NCBI RefSeq assembly: GCF_009834535.1
Contig: NC_045696.1
Location: 18,106,001-18,170,000, forward strand
Length of the DNA stretch: 64,000 bases
DNA from: Camelus ferus
Lineage: Eukaryota
Direction of reading: 5' to 3'
Shown here piece after piece: positions 26,743 to 38,890 of this stretch. The notes below the pieces were generated by a model that saw only the letters and a program-made list of their open reading frames with translations, did not search any database and had not been told where the DNA came from. The translations under genes and the position numbers were made by a program. How positions within the stretch are numbered: the stretch's first letter is position 1; each line of letters starts with the position of its first letter.

Positions 26743-27140
26743 ATACATGTATTGTTTTTAATATCATTCTACTGACCATTAACTTAGGAACCATAATTGT
26801 ACTAACAAGCTCACACTGGTTACTAATCTGAATCAGAACTGAAATGAACATACTAGCTATTATCCCCACTCTAATAATTAACCCACAAGTTACAGAAGCA
26901 TTCACCAGGTATTTTCTAACACAAGCCACCATATCACTACTACTTATAACGATTATTATTACTAATTTAATATATTCCAGGCAAGAAACAATTACAAAAA
27001 TCTTTAATCCAGCAGCATCCACCATCGTAACAATAGCTCTCATCATAAAAGTAGAACTTTCCCTATTTCACTTCTGAATGCCTGAAGTTACACAAGGCAT
27101 TGCACTAACAGCAGGCAGGCGTAATTCTATCAACTCATAT
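26743..27140 (+). pseudogene. MT-ND2: NUMT ND2 5' fragment
   Basis: ATA start; SSHWLLIW, EMNMLAIIP, YFLTQAT and FHFWMPEVTQG motifs (ORF 26844-27077 shows part of it). Confidence 0.95.
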
Positions 27141-27929
27141 TTTGAAGCGTTAGGGACATTTCATACTAAGCAACATATACTTGCCTTTCAGAAATGATAA
27201 CAAAACGTGTATTACATGAATTATTTTCCATTTTCAAACACAAACCCTCTGAATCTACATTTAGAATTTATGGTTGTGTCTCCATTGACATCTACCTCAG
27301 CCCAGGCATTGTTATTGCCTTCCTTTAATGAGACTAAGAGACCAATATGGAATGTCCATTAAATAGTCTTGGAAGAAAATTATATACAAAGCTGAAGCTA
27401 AAAGTTTGAGGACCAACTTTTCAGGTGTAGCCAGTCTTCCTGTGTGAAACCAAGGTGGTTTGAAATGCATTGTTTCTGAATTGAGAACCATGTTATTTTC
27501 CATGTTTTTTCTAACCATTTTATTTATTAAGCTGTGTTAATATGTCATTTTCAAACAATATACACGTTGTTCTGTCTTGCTTGGTGATGAGCATGAGGAA
27601 ACACTGTTAAAGGTAAGTTTAGTCCAATTTATGAAAAATGAGAATATTAATATATTAGGACATTTTAATCAAAAATTCTTTATGAATGATTAATATCTTG
27701 TAAGTTAAAATTAAAGTGGTAAACTTAATATGATAAATTATAATAAACTTTTAAACAAATACAGATTTTTTCACTCAATTCTAAACAAATAGCATGTTTT
27801 TAAGTGTATTTTATTTCTATTTCTCCATCCTAATATTCTGAGTTCCTTTCAAGTCTTCAATCAGTTACTGTTCTCCCAGATTTAAATTCTACAAAAGAAA
27901 GACACTATCTTTGTTTCACTTGCTCTTTA

Positions 27930-28530
27930 TTCTGAAACATTTCACATTTCCAAAGTTCCCAAATCCAAGGTCCCTATCCAGCTCTAAACTGGGTCCTACT
28001 TGTTCTGAGTCCTCACTACCTCAGACACTATATTTTCTACCATACACATCATGTTGTGAATGACTCTTAATCTTACTGATCTAAGTATCGTCCTGTAACA
28101 TGCAAACCTTGCCCATACCTCAGAGCCATTGCTTTTAAATAATACCTCTGTTTCAACTCAGTTTCTCAAGACAGGAACACGTTTCCTGATGCCATTAAGG
28201 TGTCTGCACTATGTCAACCCATCAGAAATGCCTTTGGGGACCAAAGATGTGATAGATCTCCACATTCCTCTCACTAAAAGTGCTTTGTTTTCAGTTAGTA
28301 ATAAAACACTACTTAATAATAGAGAATGTTTTTAACTCTCATTTTCTGTCTTCTTGTAGAATGTCATCTCCATGAATGCCAGGATTATTTGATATATTTT
28401 GATATATCCTAGGTTACTAGAAAAGCCTATTACATACTGGACACTCAAGACCTATTTACATTTTCAGTGCCTTGATAATTATCTGTTATATAGCAGACAT
28501 TCACTATACTATATATTGATTCAGTGAGTC
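27930..28530 (+). mobile_element. L2 3'-region fragments
   Basis: TAGAATGTCATCTCCATGAATGCCAGGA...TATATCCTAGGTTACTAGAAAAGCCTATTACATACTGGACACTCAAGAC is an L2 3' end pattern. Confidence 0.6.
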
Positions 28531-29287
28531 AAATTAATTAATTTGTTTTAAAGGAAAACATATTTGAAATAGCATATAGTATTTAATGGGTATAATCAAT
28601 ACAAGATCATTCAAAATAATAATGTTAGTTGCTTTACTTAAATTCACTTACCTCAATATTGTAACAACAATAAAATGCATTCTCAAGGCAGCTACGGTAG
28701 AGATAGATGATAGACTGATGGCAGATACATACATGCATACATGCATACATACATAGACAGACCATATAAGCATACATTGTTTTGTCAGTGCACAAATTTA
28801 ACAAGACATTTTGTTAAAAGACAAATATACTTTATGAATCAAAATGAAAATTAACATCAGAAGAGTGAGTTTAACAACTGTTTTGGTTTTTGCTTAGTAA
28901 ATCTCGTAGGATAATTTTGAGTCAAGATATAAAGTTTACCAGCTACTATCACACAGAAGTAACAAAGATGATTCAGACATTTTTGTTGCTAATTTTACAA
29001 TCATCTGAAAACACGGGGTAAATAAAAACAAGAACAATACTGAGTTAAACTATACTTCTAAATGGATAGTGAAGCTTTAAATTGAGGCTCATTTTACGAA
29101 ATATTATAGATTAGGTAATCCAAGTTCAACAGAAAAAAAAGGATGTCAAGAACTGTGAGCATCTGAGATGTTTCTCCCCTTGCAAAGTGATAAGCAGGCT
29201 GACCATATTTTCATGGAAGCTTAGAGAAGACACACAATAAGTCTTGAGTGTCCAGTATGTAATAGGCTTTTCTAGTAACCTAGGATA
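28405..29287. repeat. Perfect 47-bp inverted repeat (28405-28451 / 29241-29287), 789-bp spacer
   Basis: TATCCTAGGTTACTAGAAAAGCCTATTACATACTGGACACTCAAGAC and its exact reverse complement. Confidence 0.97.
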
Positions 29288-29733
29288 CTAGATGAGTAAG
29301 AAAATAAGTACAGCTGATTACTCACAGCAATGTCAATAACCAGAGAATCATTATTTTTTGTACTTGTTCCCTGAAACCCCATGCTCCACAGCATGACTCA
29401 ACAAGGGCTGAATAACATTTGCACACTCAGTGTGTTGAGGCAGAGAAGAAGAACACAGAATCAGAGCATCAGAGTATTTCACAGTGGGCAGTAAGCATGG
29501 CTGCACTTTGCTTCAGCGGGAGGCAGTATTTTTAATACACTGAACCATAAGCAGACCTGCCCTTTGGAAGCAACACTCTCTCTGTCTTCCCTGCCTATAA
29601 ACAAACCTGTCATACGGGAGACCTCTGTATTCTGAACAACCAGTCTTGAAAGATGGTTCAGAACAAAGGGCAGCCAGTACCTTGTTTCCAAGATTTGCAG
29701 ACATGTGAGAAATACCAATAGAGGGCTGTCTAC
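29144..29733 (-). mobile_element. Old ERV LTR carrying the 47-bp insertion; same family as 48040-48481
   Basis: TGTCAAGAACTGTGAGCATCTGAGAT...TTTCATGGAAG...GATTACTCACAGC; aligns by eye with the copy at 48040. Confidence 0.6.
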
Positions 29734-29947
29734 AGAGAGTAGTCTCTGGATTGCTTATATTCCTGGTTTTGACTATTGTCTCCCTCATTAATCACGATGG
29801 ACGAAATGGGCAATAGGCATTTAGTTTTGTTCAGCATTGTAATGAAAGAGGAAATAATTCAGGCTGGGAAAAGACTTTCTCTAGTTTACCTTAGTTCCCA
29901 CTTTCAACATCGTATTTTTCGGATTTAGGTTATATGATGTTTCCAAT

Positions 29948-30800
29948 CAGTAGTGTATTGGAACTAGCTCATGCCACATTAGAAGAGTCAATTATTAAAT
30001 GTTTAGGAATTATGCATGACAACTGCTAAACACAGCCATTGTTAAAAGTGAAATTATATAAATTTATAAGCATTGTTATATTTAAAAGACAATAAATACT
30101 CAAAACATATCAGTTGCTAATTATTTTGAAACATCTACCATTAAATGTGCTTTTCTGTTTATATATATCTAGTGTCTCTCTGTGGTGGAAATATTATATA
30201 ATGGCATGCTACCGTACTTCCCTTCCTGGTATAAGTTTAATTATGTCCCCCTAAAAAAGATATTGAAATTCCAAAACCTGGAACCTGTGAATGTGACCAT
30301 ATTTGGAAATAATAACTGTATTTTGTGAAAGTAATCAAGTTAAAATAAGATCATACTGGGTTTCAAGCACTCTAATCCAATGTTTGATGTTCTTATAAGG
30401 CGAGGAAATTCTGGACACAGCAACACAGAGAGGGGAACGCCATGTGACAAAGAAGGTAGAGACTGGAGTGACGGATGCATCTATCAGCCAAAGAATGCTA
30501 AGGATTACTGTCAAGCACCAGAAGCTAGGTAGAGGGAAGAAAGGATCCTTCCCTACAGAGATCAGAGAGAGCATGGCCCTGCCAACACCTTGACTTTAAA
30601 CTTCTATCTCCTAGATCCATGAGAGAATAAATGTCTCTTGTTTTGGAGCACTTTGTTGCAGCAGACCTAGGAAACTAATACACTTCCCAACTCCACATTC
30701 ACTAAGGTCCCATTTATAGCATGAAACTGGCAGTGGCGGGAATATTTACAAAACCAGGAATCAACCTGCGTGTATTATAAATTAGAGATTGATTTAATGC
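29948..30800 (+). mobile_element. MER63-like hAT DNA transposon fossil, split by an MLT1 insertion
   Basis: CAGTAGTGTATTGGAACTAGCTC...TAAACACAGCCATTGTTAAAA...AATACTCAAAAC...CTTCCCAACTCC...GGGAATATTTACA. Confidence 0.75.
30227..30682 (+). mobile_element. MLT1 (C/D-like) LTR with 5-bp TSD CTTCC
   Basis: TG...GAATGTGACCATATTTGGAAATA...GGAAACTAATACA; CTTCC at 30222-30226 and 30683-30687. Confidence 0.9.
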
Positions 30801-31269
30801 TGATGCTGAAAGAAGTTTTAGTCTAATGAATACAATTTGTATAAGGGTTGGAAACAGTTGACCAGATAAGATTTAATGACAATGTATTGTGGGATAAAAC
30901 CAGATTAGGATCCAGCTCCATTTGTTAAACCACAGTAAAACTGCAAGCATAGGCTGATTATAGTTAAAATCAAATATTCTTTGATACATAGTTGACTGTA
31001 TCCAACTTACCATTAAGAGTATTCCCTCATGATCTGAACATAAGCACTTCTATGGACTGATACTAAAGAACACTTAAAATTATCAGTGACTTTCTGTTAC
31101 ATGAAGTCATAAAAATATGTGATGGGGATTAGTAGAGTCTTGATAGAGAATATATGCTTCTCTCCCCACTATCCTTTCCCTTTTCAAAGTTATCTGAGAG
31201 CAGAAACTGACCACCAGTCATCTGGGATATGCAAAAACTAGATGGGTAAGGGGGAAAATCGAAAAAAGA

Positions 31270-31430
31270 AAAGACAGAACACCTTATAGGAGTTTTAAAA
31301 ATCAACACGCCTGGGCCCCAGTCTAGACTTATCAAATCAGAAGAAGGGAAGCAGAGCAGCATAAACTAAAATATGTTAAAGGTTCATCAGGTGATGATGA
31401 TGAATATTCAGAACTGGCAAGAACTCAGAT
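31270..31430. mobile_element. MER5-like fragment
   Basis: TTTTAAAAATCAACACGCCTGGGCCCCAG...ATCAAATCAGAA...CAGGTGATGATG. Confidence 0.5.
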
Positions 31431-32662
31431 CAGTGCTCTTCATATTTTTTTCCTCTAATTCTGAGATTCTATGCTTCTACATTTACCCTGCTGATTCTGT
31501 TTTCTGTCTCCAATGCCTCTGGGGAGAATGACATGACCACCTTCTCTTGGCAATGATCTTTTGCTATGTGTGCAGCCAGAAGGGCTGGTATGTTTCTCTC
31601 ATCCTCAGTTTCCTAGTTTGGGCCTGTGGCCGGTATTCATAAAGCCTAGTATCATTGCCTTTATTCAGAGTCACCTTAATCTGCTGAAAACCAGACAGAG
31701 GCATTCTACTTGCCTCTATTTTTGAGCAGGCCTGTACGTGCTGCTTGATATTTTCATTGTATTTTAGGACATTATTAGAACATGTTTGTACATCAATCAT
31801 CTAAAATTAAGCTTTCCACTTGACTTCATTGTATACCACCTGCTTTCTGCAACATTATCAATTATGCATTAGCTAACAGTATTTGATATTAGCAGATTGG
31901 TTTCATTTTAATATACGTGGCCAATTTTGCCTTGTCATTTGACCACAAACATGATTCACGATGAATTCACACCAAAAAAGCCAGTATTACAGCCATTAAA
32001 ATAAACTGGTTATTTCATTAATGTAATTACTTGACAAATGGAAGTTGACACTATATTTGAAGCATACTAAATTCTCATCTTTGAAAACATTTGATAGCTT
32101 CATGGCTTTAATTTGCCTCTTTGGGAGTTAAATATATAATAATAGGACGGGGCAAAGCATTCAGTGATTATTTGCAGATCTTTATTACCTGTGAAAATTA
32201 CAGGTTTAATGATCTGTTTCTGGCATGCTGGCTGGTTGGTGATATCAGACTCATTTAACTCGGTCATCCATGCAAAACACTGTGCTGACTCTGCAAATTA
32301 AACACTATCCAGCACCCTCATCTGCAGATGCCTTATTTGTACTGGAACATGAACAATACAGATGGACACTTTTTTTTTCCAAGTAAGTCTGTACACTGTG
32401 AACAAAATGGGACGTGCACAATGATCTCTATTATTTGAGATTTAGGAAAATAAAAGTACTATAATATACTTGTGATGTATTTAAAGCTTTTGAAAGGCGG
32501 GGGCCATTCTAAACAAACACAGAAAGAAAAAGAGTGAAAAAGGCAGAAAATAATAAGGGGCACTAAAGTACCAGATCTCCAGATTGTGCAGACCCTGGTT
32601 AAACACCATCTTGCTGAGGTTACTGAGTGTGATTCTACATCATAATTAATATACATAACATA

Positions 32663-33050
32663 ATTTATAGGTTGAACTGTGTCATGTCAAAACTCATATA
32701 TGGAATTCCTAATGCCCAGTACTTCAGAGTGTGACCTTATTTGGAGACAGGTCTTTACAGAAGTTACCAAGTTAAAGTGAGGTGACAGCTATCCCTGTAA
32801 GAAGGGAAACTTTGGAGAGAGACACGCACACAGGGATGTCACCACGTCAAGAGACGCAGGGAGAAGACGACCCTGCGCCAGCAAAGGAGAGAGGCCTGGA
32901 AGGATCTCTCCTCCATGAGCCTCAGAAGGAATCAACCATGCTGGCCCCTTAACACCAGACTTCTGGCATCCAAAAGTGGAAGACAATGTATTTCTGTTAA
33001 GCCACCTAGTCTGGGGTCATTTGTTATGGCAGCTCTAGCAAACTAATACC
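32663..33050 (+). mobile_element. MLT1A/B-like MaLR LTR
   Basis: GTTGAACTGTGTC...GTGTGACCTTATTTGGAGACAGGTCTTTACAGA...GCAGCTCTAGCAAACTAATAC. Confidence 0.88.
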
Positions 33051-33119
33051 TCCACCCTCTTCCTACATGGTTCTGCTTACTTGATGAAAGTGTCTGCACT
33101 AGGATTGGCATCTGCCCCA

Positions 33120-33470
33120 TGATGGAACCTATACAGTCTGATTTCCTAATCACAGCATTAGGGATTTGGTGAACGGCCTAAACCAAAGGCCAGTTAGAGT
33201 CTTTTCATGGAGATATTTAAATCGGAGTGCCGAGAATAACACCCTCACTCTCGAGTGGAAAATTTGAGTCCCGAGCTGCTGGTTGCCCTTGTTTCTCTCC
33301 ATGGAGAAAACCGATCAACAGAAACAGAAAATGGATGTGACACACAGAGAGGAATAATGACAAAAAGCAGAAAAAGGCAAGGACCACTGGTTGTAGTTCT
33401 CAAATATACGCCCCTCCAAACTTTTCTGATTGTGTGAGGCATTACAGGGAAATTTTTGTTTGTTTCTTTT
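33120..33470 (+). mobile_element. Old ERVL-type LTR fragment (LTR16/LTR33-like)
   Basis: GGCCAGTTAGAGTCTTTTCATGGAGAT...GAGCTGCTGGTTGCC...GACACACAGAGAGG. Confidence 0.4.
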
Positions 33471-35599
33471 GCTACATACTCTCTGATAGTGTATAAATTT
33501 TTTGAACTGAACTTAAATTCTCATCAGAAAAATGGTATTAATATTGGTTACCTTTCGATGTTATCAAAAGGTCAAGTTAATCATTTGTAAAGTTCCTGGC
33601 ACATAATGCATATTGAATTAAATAAACATGTTTTTAACATTGCATTCATTAATGTCTGAACAAAAATCATAACTGGTGGATAATCATGATCTGCCCTAAG
33701 ATGGGCAGTCTAGAATCTTGTCTTAATGTTACATCGTAACCCCAGGTGAAACAGACTCCTCGCCATTACCATGTCTGTCTGCTATGTCTAGGTCATATGC
33801 AGTGGGTGTACCTTTCCCTTGATTTAATCTAGGATTCTCCTTACCCCCAGTTAAGTCCCTGCTGACTTCAACATTCAGTGCCTCTCATTCATACAGGTCC
33901 CTGCTGCTTGAACTCTTTCTCATGGTGCCCTGCCTCAATCCTGCCTATTTAGGATTCACATCATAATGAGCACTGTCAAAATATATGGTCGTTGCCTGAC
34001 AAGCCATCAACAAAGTCACCTGAACTGAAATCTCATTTTTTTCCCTGAGTTGTTGGCTGCCATACAATCACATTCACCGTATGACAAGAGGAAAAATAAA
34101 TGTGATGGCAATAGGTAAGCAACTAATTTACTTACATTTCATAAAAGCAGCTGTTCAAGTGAGTTCAACTACAGAAATAAAGAAGAACTGCGGATGATAA
34201 TAGATTACCCTAAAGTGTTCTATAATCTGTTTTTTAATATTCTGCTACCTTATCTACATAATATTATTCTTGTAATAAAGCTGCTTAATGTAGCTTCTAA
34301 GGTAATTCCATGTTCAATTTCTACACATGAGGTCATTTTGCTTTGGATGCATGACTTTTCATATTCTTGTTCCACCTGAGCTAAACCTATAGTTATTTAC
34401 ATCACTGCTCCTTGGCCATAACTGGAGGCCACATTACATAGATGTTTACTTTAAGAGGTGATAAAAATGAACCATTAAATGAAATTTAAATGCACTTTAG
34501 AATAAAAAAAAAAGTAAGCAAATAAAATAATTTCCAGAGTACAAATCTGATCCTATTACATCTTTTTAAATAAATCTTTCACATCTACATTGTCAGTAGG
34601 AATGATTTTACTAATATTTTTACATAGAGATAAGCTTCAACAAGATGCAAAAGGACTGCATATCATATTGATGTTTACAAACACTGAGTTGATAATGTAA
34701 TAAAAGTAATAAAATTAAACTTTACCTATCTTGATAACTTGTAGAAAATAAAGAGCAAACTGAATTTTTTCAAAGTTTATCCTTTGTTGACACATATTAC
34801 ATACTTCTTCATAAAACAAATTTCTTCTTGAATAACTACTTAGTTACTCATTAGCATTCTTTTAGCCAATGTTATTTTGTGCCAGCCTGGAGAATAAGAA
34901 TGAATAATAAAAATAAATAATATAGACAAGATAAGCACTGCTTTACAATAGAGAATTAAATCCTAGTAGGAGAAAGTGCAGGGTGCTATGGGGACATACA
35001 GAAAAGGTAGCTTATTGAGTCGTTAGGGATAAATCTCACATTTTATCCTTCAGAAGGAACCAAAAGCTTTTATCTTCTAAACCTCTAAAATAACACAAAC
35101 CCACACCCACATCTGCAACCCATAAACCACATATATGTGCTCATATATACAAAAGTCATTAACAAAGAATTCAAATTTACATGCAAGAAAAGCACACACT
35201 AACAATATCCTATTTTTGAGATCAGAAAAACAAGTAATCATATTAGTGACTGACTCTTTGAGCAGGATGTAGATAAAGAATATAAATAAAACTAATTTGG
35301 CAGAAGTGCCTTCTTAAATTCCTAATTTTCATTTTCAGGAGAAAGGTATAATTTCTTGAATTCTTCTCCAGATCACAAGGACACAAGGAACCCACACACA
35401 CACACCATACTTATCTATTTTGGATCTTCCTGTATCGCTTCATTCTTTCATTCTGAAGCATCTAGACGTGACAAACAATGTCAGAGTGTCAAAGAAAGAT
35501 ATTCATTCTCCCTGTTGTCTCAATCTAAGACCCCTTCCTCACTTAACCTATATTAATAAATCACAGGTTGAAAACTGGCTCACAACATACATTTCAGGG

Positions 35600-37000
35600 T
35601 TGGAAATTAAGCAGCAGAGACAGAGTTTTAAATTAAACAATCTGTAGGCAAAATGGATCAAAGAGCTTTAGATGGAGAAATACATATGTGGCATTTGGGA
35701 AATGTCAGAGCAAGGACATCCTGTCAAGCAATATTAAAAAATTCCATGATAATACCAATAATCAGGGGAAGTTCAAAACATGCATTAAATGTCCTAGAGT
35801 GGACTGCCTGAAAGGATTACGGGCAAAGTTAATAGAAATAAACACCCATAAGTGAGTATTAGAGAGTACATGTTGGTCATAATCAAAATCTTCTACTGGA
35901 ACCATAAAAACAGAAGTCCTGATTAAAATGTGATGTGGTTTAATTATACCTTTTGTCATATAAAAAAAGGAATTCAGAACATGCAAATTATCAAATGAGA
36001 ATTAAATATAACTCATACAAGTGTTTTATGGCCATAAAGGAAAAGACAGACATAATAGTAGAAATTATGGGGAAATAGTAGAAAAATGAAAACTGTATAG
36101 GAGGACAAAATGGGAATTCTAAACTAAAAAGGACAGTATCTAAAATGAAATTTTCACTGGGTTTGTATGGTAAACAGAATAATGATGCCCCCTCCAAATA
36201 AAAAAAAAAAAGTCTACATCCTAATCTGCAGGATTTGTAAATGTTAGATTACATATAAATTAAGAATTAAGGTTCCAGATAAAGAATTAAATCCCTAATA
36301 AAACAACCTTTAGAGAGATTATCCTGGATTATCCAAAGGGGCCCAATATAATCATAAGGATCTTAAAACTGAAATCAAGAGACAGAGAACTCGTAAGTGA
36401 TATAATATGAAATCTCATACTGTCTTCACTGTCTTTGAAGTTGGAGGACAAGGGCCATGAGACAAGAAATGGGGTAGCCTCTAGAAGCGGAAAAAAGCAA
36501 GGAAACAGATTATCCCTTGAAATTCTGCAAAGAAATGTGGCCTTGCAGAAACCTTGATTTTAGCCCATTGAGATCTGTGTCACACTCCTGACACACAGAT
36601 CTATAAGATAACAAATTCAAGTTGTTTTAAGTCACCCAGCCTGTGGCAATCAGTAAAAGAGGTAATATCAAACAATATAGAAATAGTAATTTCAAGAATT
36701 TTAACAGAACTATTGTAACAGATGTTTTAAGGACTTAGAGGGAAAAATGGACATAATAACAGAAAACATGGAGAATCTCGGTGGAAGAATGCAAACTATA
36801 AAAGGGAACCCAATGGAAACTCTAGAATTGAAAAGGGCAATATCAACAATGAAAATTTTACTAGCTAGACTTAGCAACAGACTGTACACAGCCAAAGGAA
36901 AGATCATTGAATTTGAAAACGTATCAATAGAGCATTTATAACTGAAGGAATGAAGAATACTGGATATGATAAATACGTGGTTAATGTAAGGATTTTTTAC
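35600..37000 (+). mobile_element. Old L1 ORF1 remnants flanking an MLT1
   Basis: ORF 36747-36941 (MENLGGRMQTIKGNPMETLELKRAISTMK...RLYTAKGKIIEFE) resembles the L1 ORF1p coiled-coil region; similar text at 36030-36160. Confidence 0.65.
36164..36678 (+). mobile_element. MLT1D-like LTR
   Basis: GAGATTATCCTGGATTATCC...GCCTCTAGAAGCGGAAAAAAGCAAGGAAACAGATT...ACCTTGATTTTAGCCCA. Confidence 0.88.
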
Positions 37001-37558
37001 AGTAAGAAGGGTCTATAAATGATTGTATTCAATTTCTTCCATCCTTGTATGTGCTTTCTACTCCCCATGGAGGGACCAAGTTTACTAGAGGACAGAAAAA
37101 ACTGACGTTCTGGGGCTTTGCCATCTTTAAAAGATCTGGCATCTTCTACTTTCTCTTGGATCCCAGCCATCATGCACTGAAAAGCCCAAGCTGCATGGAA
37201 GGGCCACATCTATCAATCAAGTAAACTGCCACAGATGAACTCCCGCCAAAAGCAGCACCAACTGCTAGCCCAGTGAGTGAGGTGTCTTGGTCACGCAAGT
37301 CCAGACTAGTGAAGATACCAGCAGCCACAGCTGACGTCATGTTGCAGAACTCTGAACCTGAGCCCATCCAAAACCCCTGTTTGTGCAGTCCTCTAGAAGA
37401 AATGACCGTATGTTAGAAAACCCCAGCTTAATCCCCCAACTCTAATTAATTACTTTAGACTGCTATTTACTCTTCTAGGCAGTTCAATGCTACAAAACTT
37501 AGACTTTAGTACTGGACACCCAGCCTCATGAGCTGACCTCTTCCAAGGCTACTGAAGG

Positions 37559-37700
37559 ATGACAGTGGCAATCGTGTTCTTGAGCCTTTCCTTTCTGCTG
37601 GGCGTACCTGGTAACATCACAGTACCCCGCAGGAGTATAATTCAAATGAAGTTAAGGACTTCACATCTCCAAATCTTAAATATCTTACATGCAGCAGCAA
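37559..37700 (+). pseudogene. Possible decayed class A GPCR fragment (leukotriene B4 receptor-like TM1-ICL1-TM2 start)
   Basis: MTVAIVFLSLSFLLGVPGNITVPRRSIIQMKLRTSHLQILN resembles the BLT1-family TM1 GxPGN...MK...ILN pattern; downstream similarity not clear. Confidence 0.35.
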
Positions 37701-38739
37701 CAGAGCAGGCAGGCCCCATGCCAGATGATACGACCTTCAAAACAATTCCTTGGTCATCCAATAGACTTGTCATTTCTTCTGCACATACTATCAGGACATA
37801 CTATCTTAAGGTTAATAGAGAGCACAACCCAGTTCATTCTATTTTTAAGGCTAGTAGCTGAACCAAACAAAAGTGTCCGTTTGAAAATTGCCTGACATGA
37901 GAAATACATTAACTACAAAGGACAGCCTGTCTTCTGAGCTTGAAAAGGTCAGATGGCCCCAAACACATAGGGAAATAGTTTTAATCACCTAAACTCTATG
38001 TGTCCAACTCTGTTTTAAGTGATCTTTTTTCACCAGAAAAACCAATGGTCACACTGGTCATGATCTGTCTGTACGGCAACCATGAGTGAAAGTCAGTATC
38101 ATACCTTGCTATTCACTTGTTTCATTTTCTGTGTATCAGGGGAAACTAAAGAAAAATAACAAACCAACAAGACTGAAAACACAAATCAAACCAAAACAAA
38201 AGAACCCTGACTTCCTGTAGGCAATAAGGCAATATGGCAAAAAGACGTAGAAAGGAATTCACCGAAACTTACTGCATCTCAGCATACCTAGAAATCTAAG
38301 CAGTAATTCTGTGAACAAGAGTGGATGTGGGAAGAATGCCAAAGTTAATGTCAAGAGCTGTACACAGAACAGTATCACAAAGCTCAAGCCTCTAGGTTAG
38401 CAGGAGGAACTGGGTACTTGAACAGGAGAACCTCTACCTTGAAGATACTCTGATGTCCTTCAGAGATCTTTTTAAATATCATTTTGTCAAAATATATCTG
38501 AGGCTTTAAACACAGCTAAGAAAAAATCCAAGGTGTTTCTGTGCACACAATTTTATCTACAAAACATTATTGCAGCATTCTCCACAAGAGTAAAAAACTA
38601 AGAAGAAACAAAACAGTTTCCTAAATAGAAAGATGGTTGTTGCCTCTCTTAATCATGAAAAACAACTCTTCAAACTCTATTTTAAATGTGGATACAATGA
38701 CATGAACATACATTCAAAGTTAATACTAATTTGAAACTG

Positions 38740-38890
38740 CACTTATGAAAGTACCTAACCTGTCTAGGTACCTCAATTTCCTTTTCTGGAAAAAGAGAGT
38801 AAATATTAATACAACCTAATACTACTGTGAGGATTAAATGAGAAGCACTTAGGAATGAACTTACCGTACAGGAATTGCTAAGTAACTAAG
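38740..38890 (+). mobile_element. MIR SINE fragment
   Basis: CCTCAATTTCCTTTTCTGGAAAA...TGTGAGGATTAAATGAGA core. Confidence 0.65.

Larger units (their letters stand above)
25390..27140 (+). pseudogene. NUMT: nuclear copy of mtDNA from the 16S 3' end to the ND2 5' part
   Basis: Collinear mammalian mitochondrial order 16S-trnL(UUR)-ND1-trnI-trnQ(-)-trnM-ND2, with stops, indels and CpG decay. Confidence 0.97.

Noticed and set aside
26636..27046. 136-aa hydrophobic minus-strand ORF
   Set aside because: Antisense shadow of the NUMT ND2/tRNA region
28405..29287. The 47-bp inverted repeats as TIRs of a novel ~880-bp DNA transposon
   Set aside because: No TSD outside the arms; the left arm is integral to an L2 that continues on both sides and the right arm splits an LTR that starts inside the spacer
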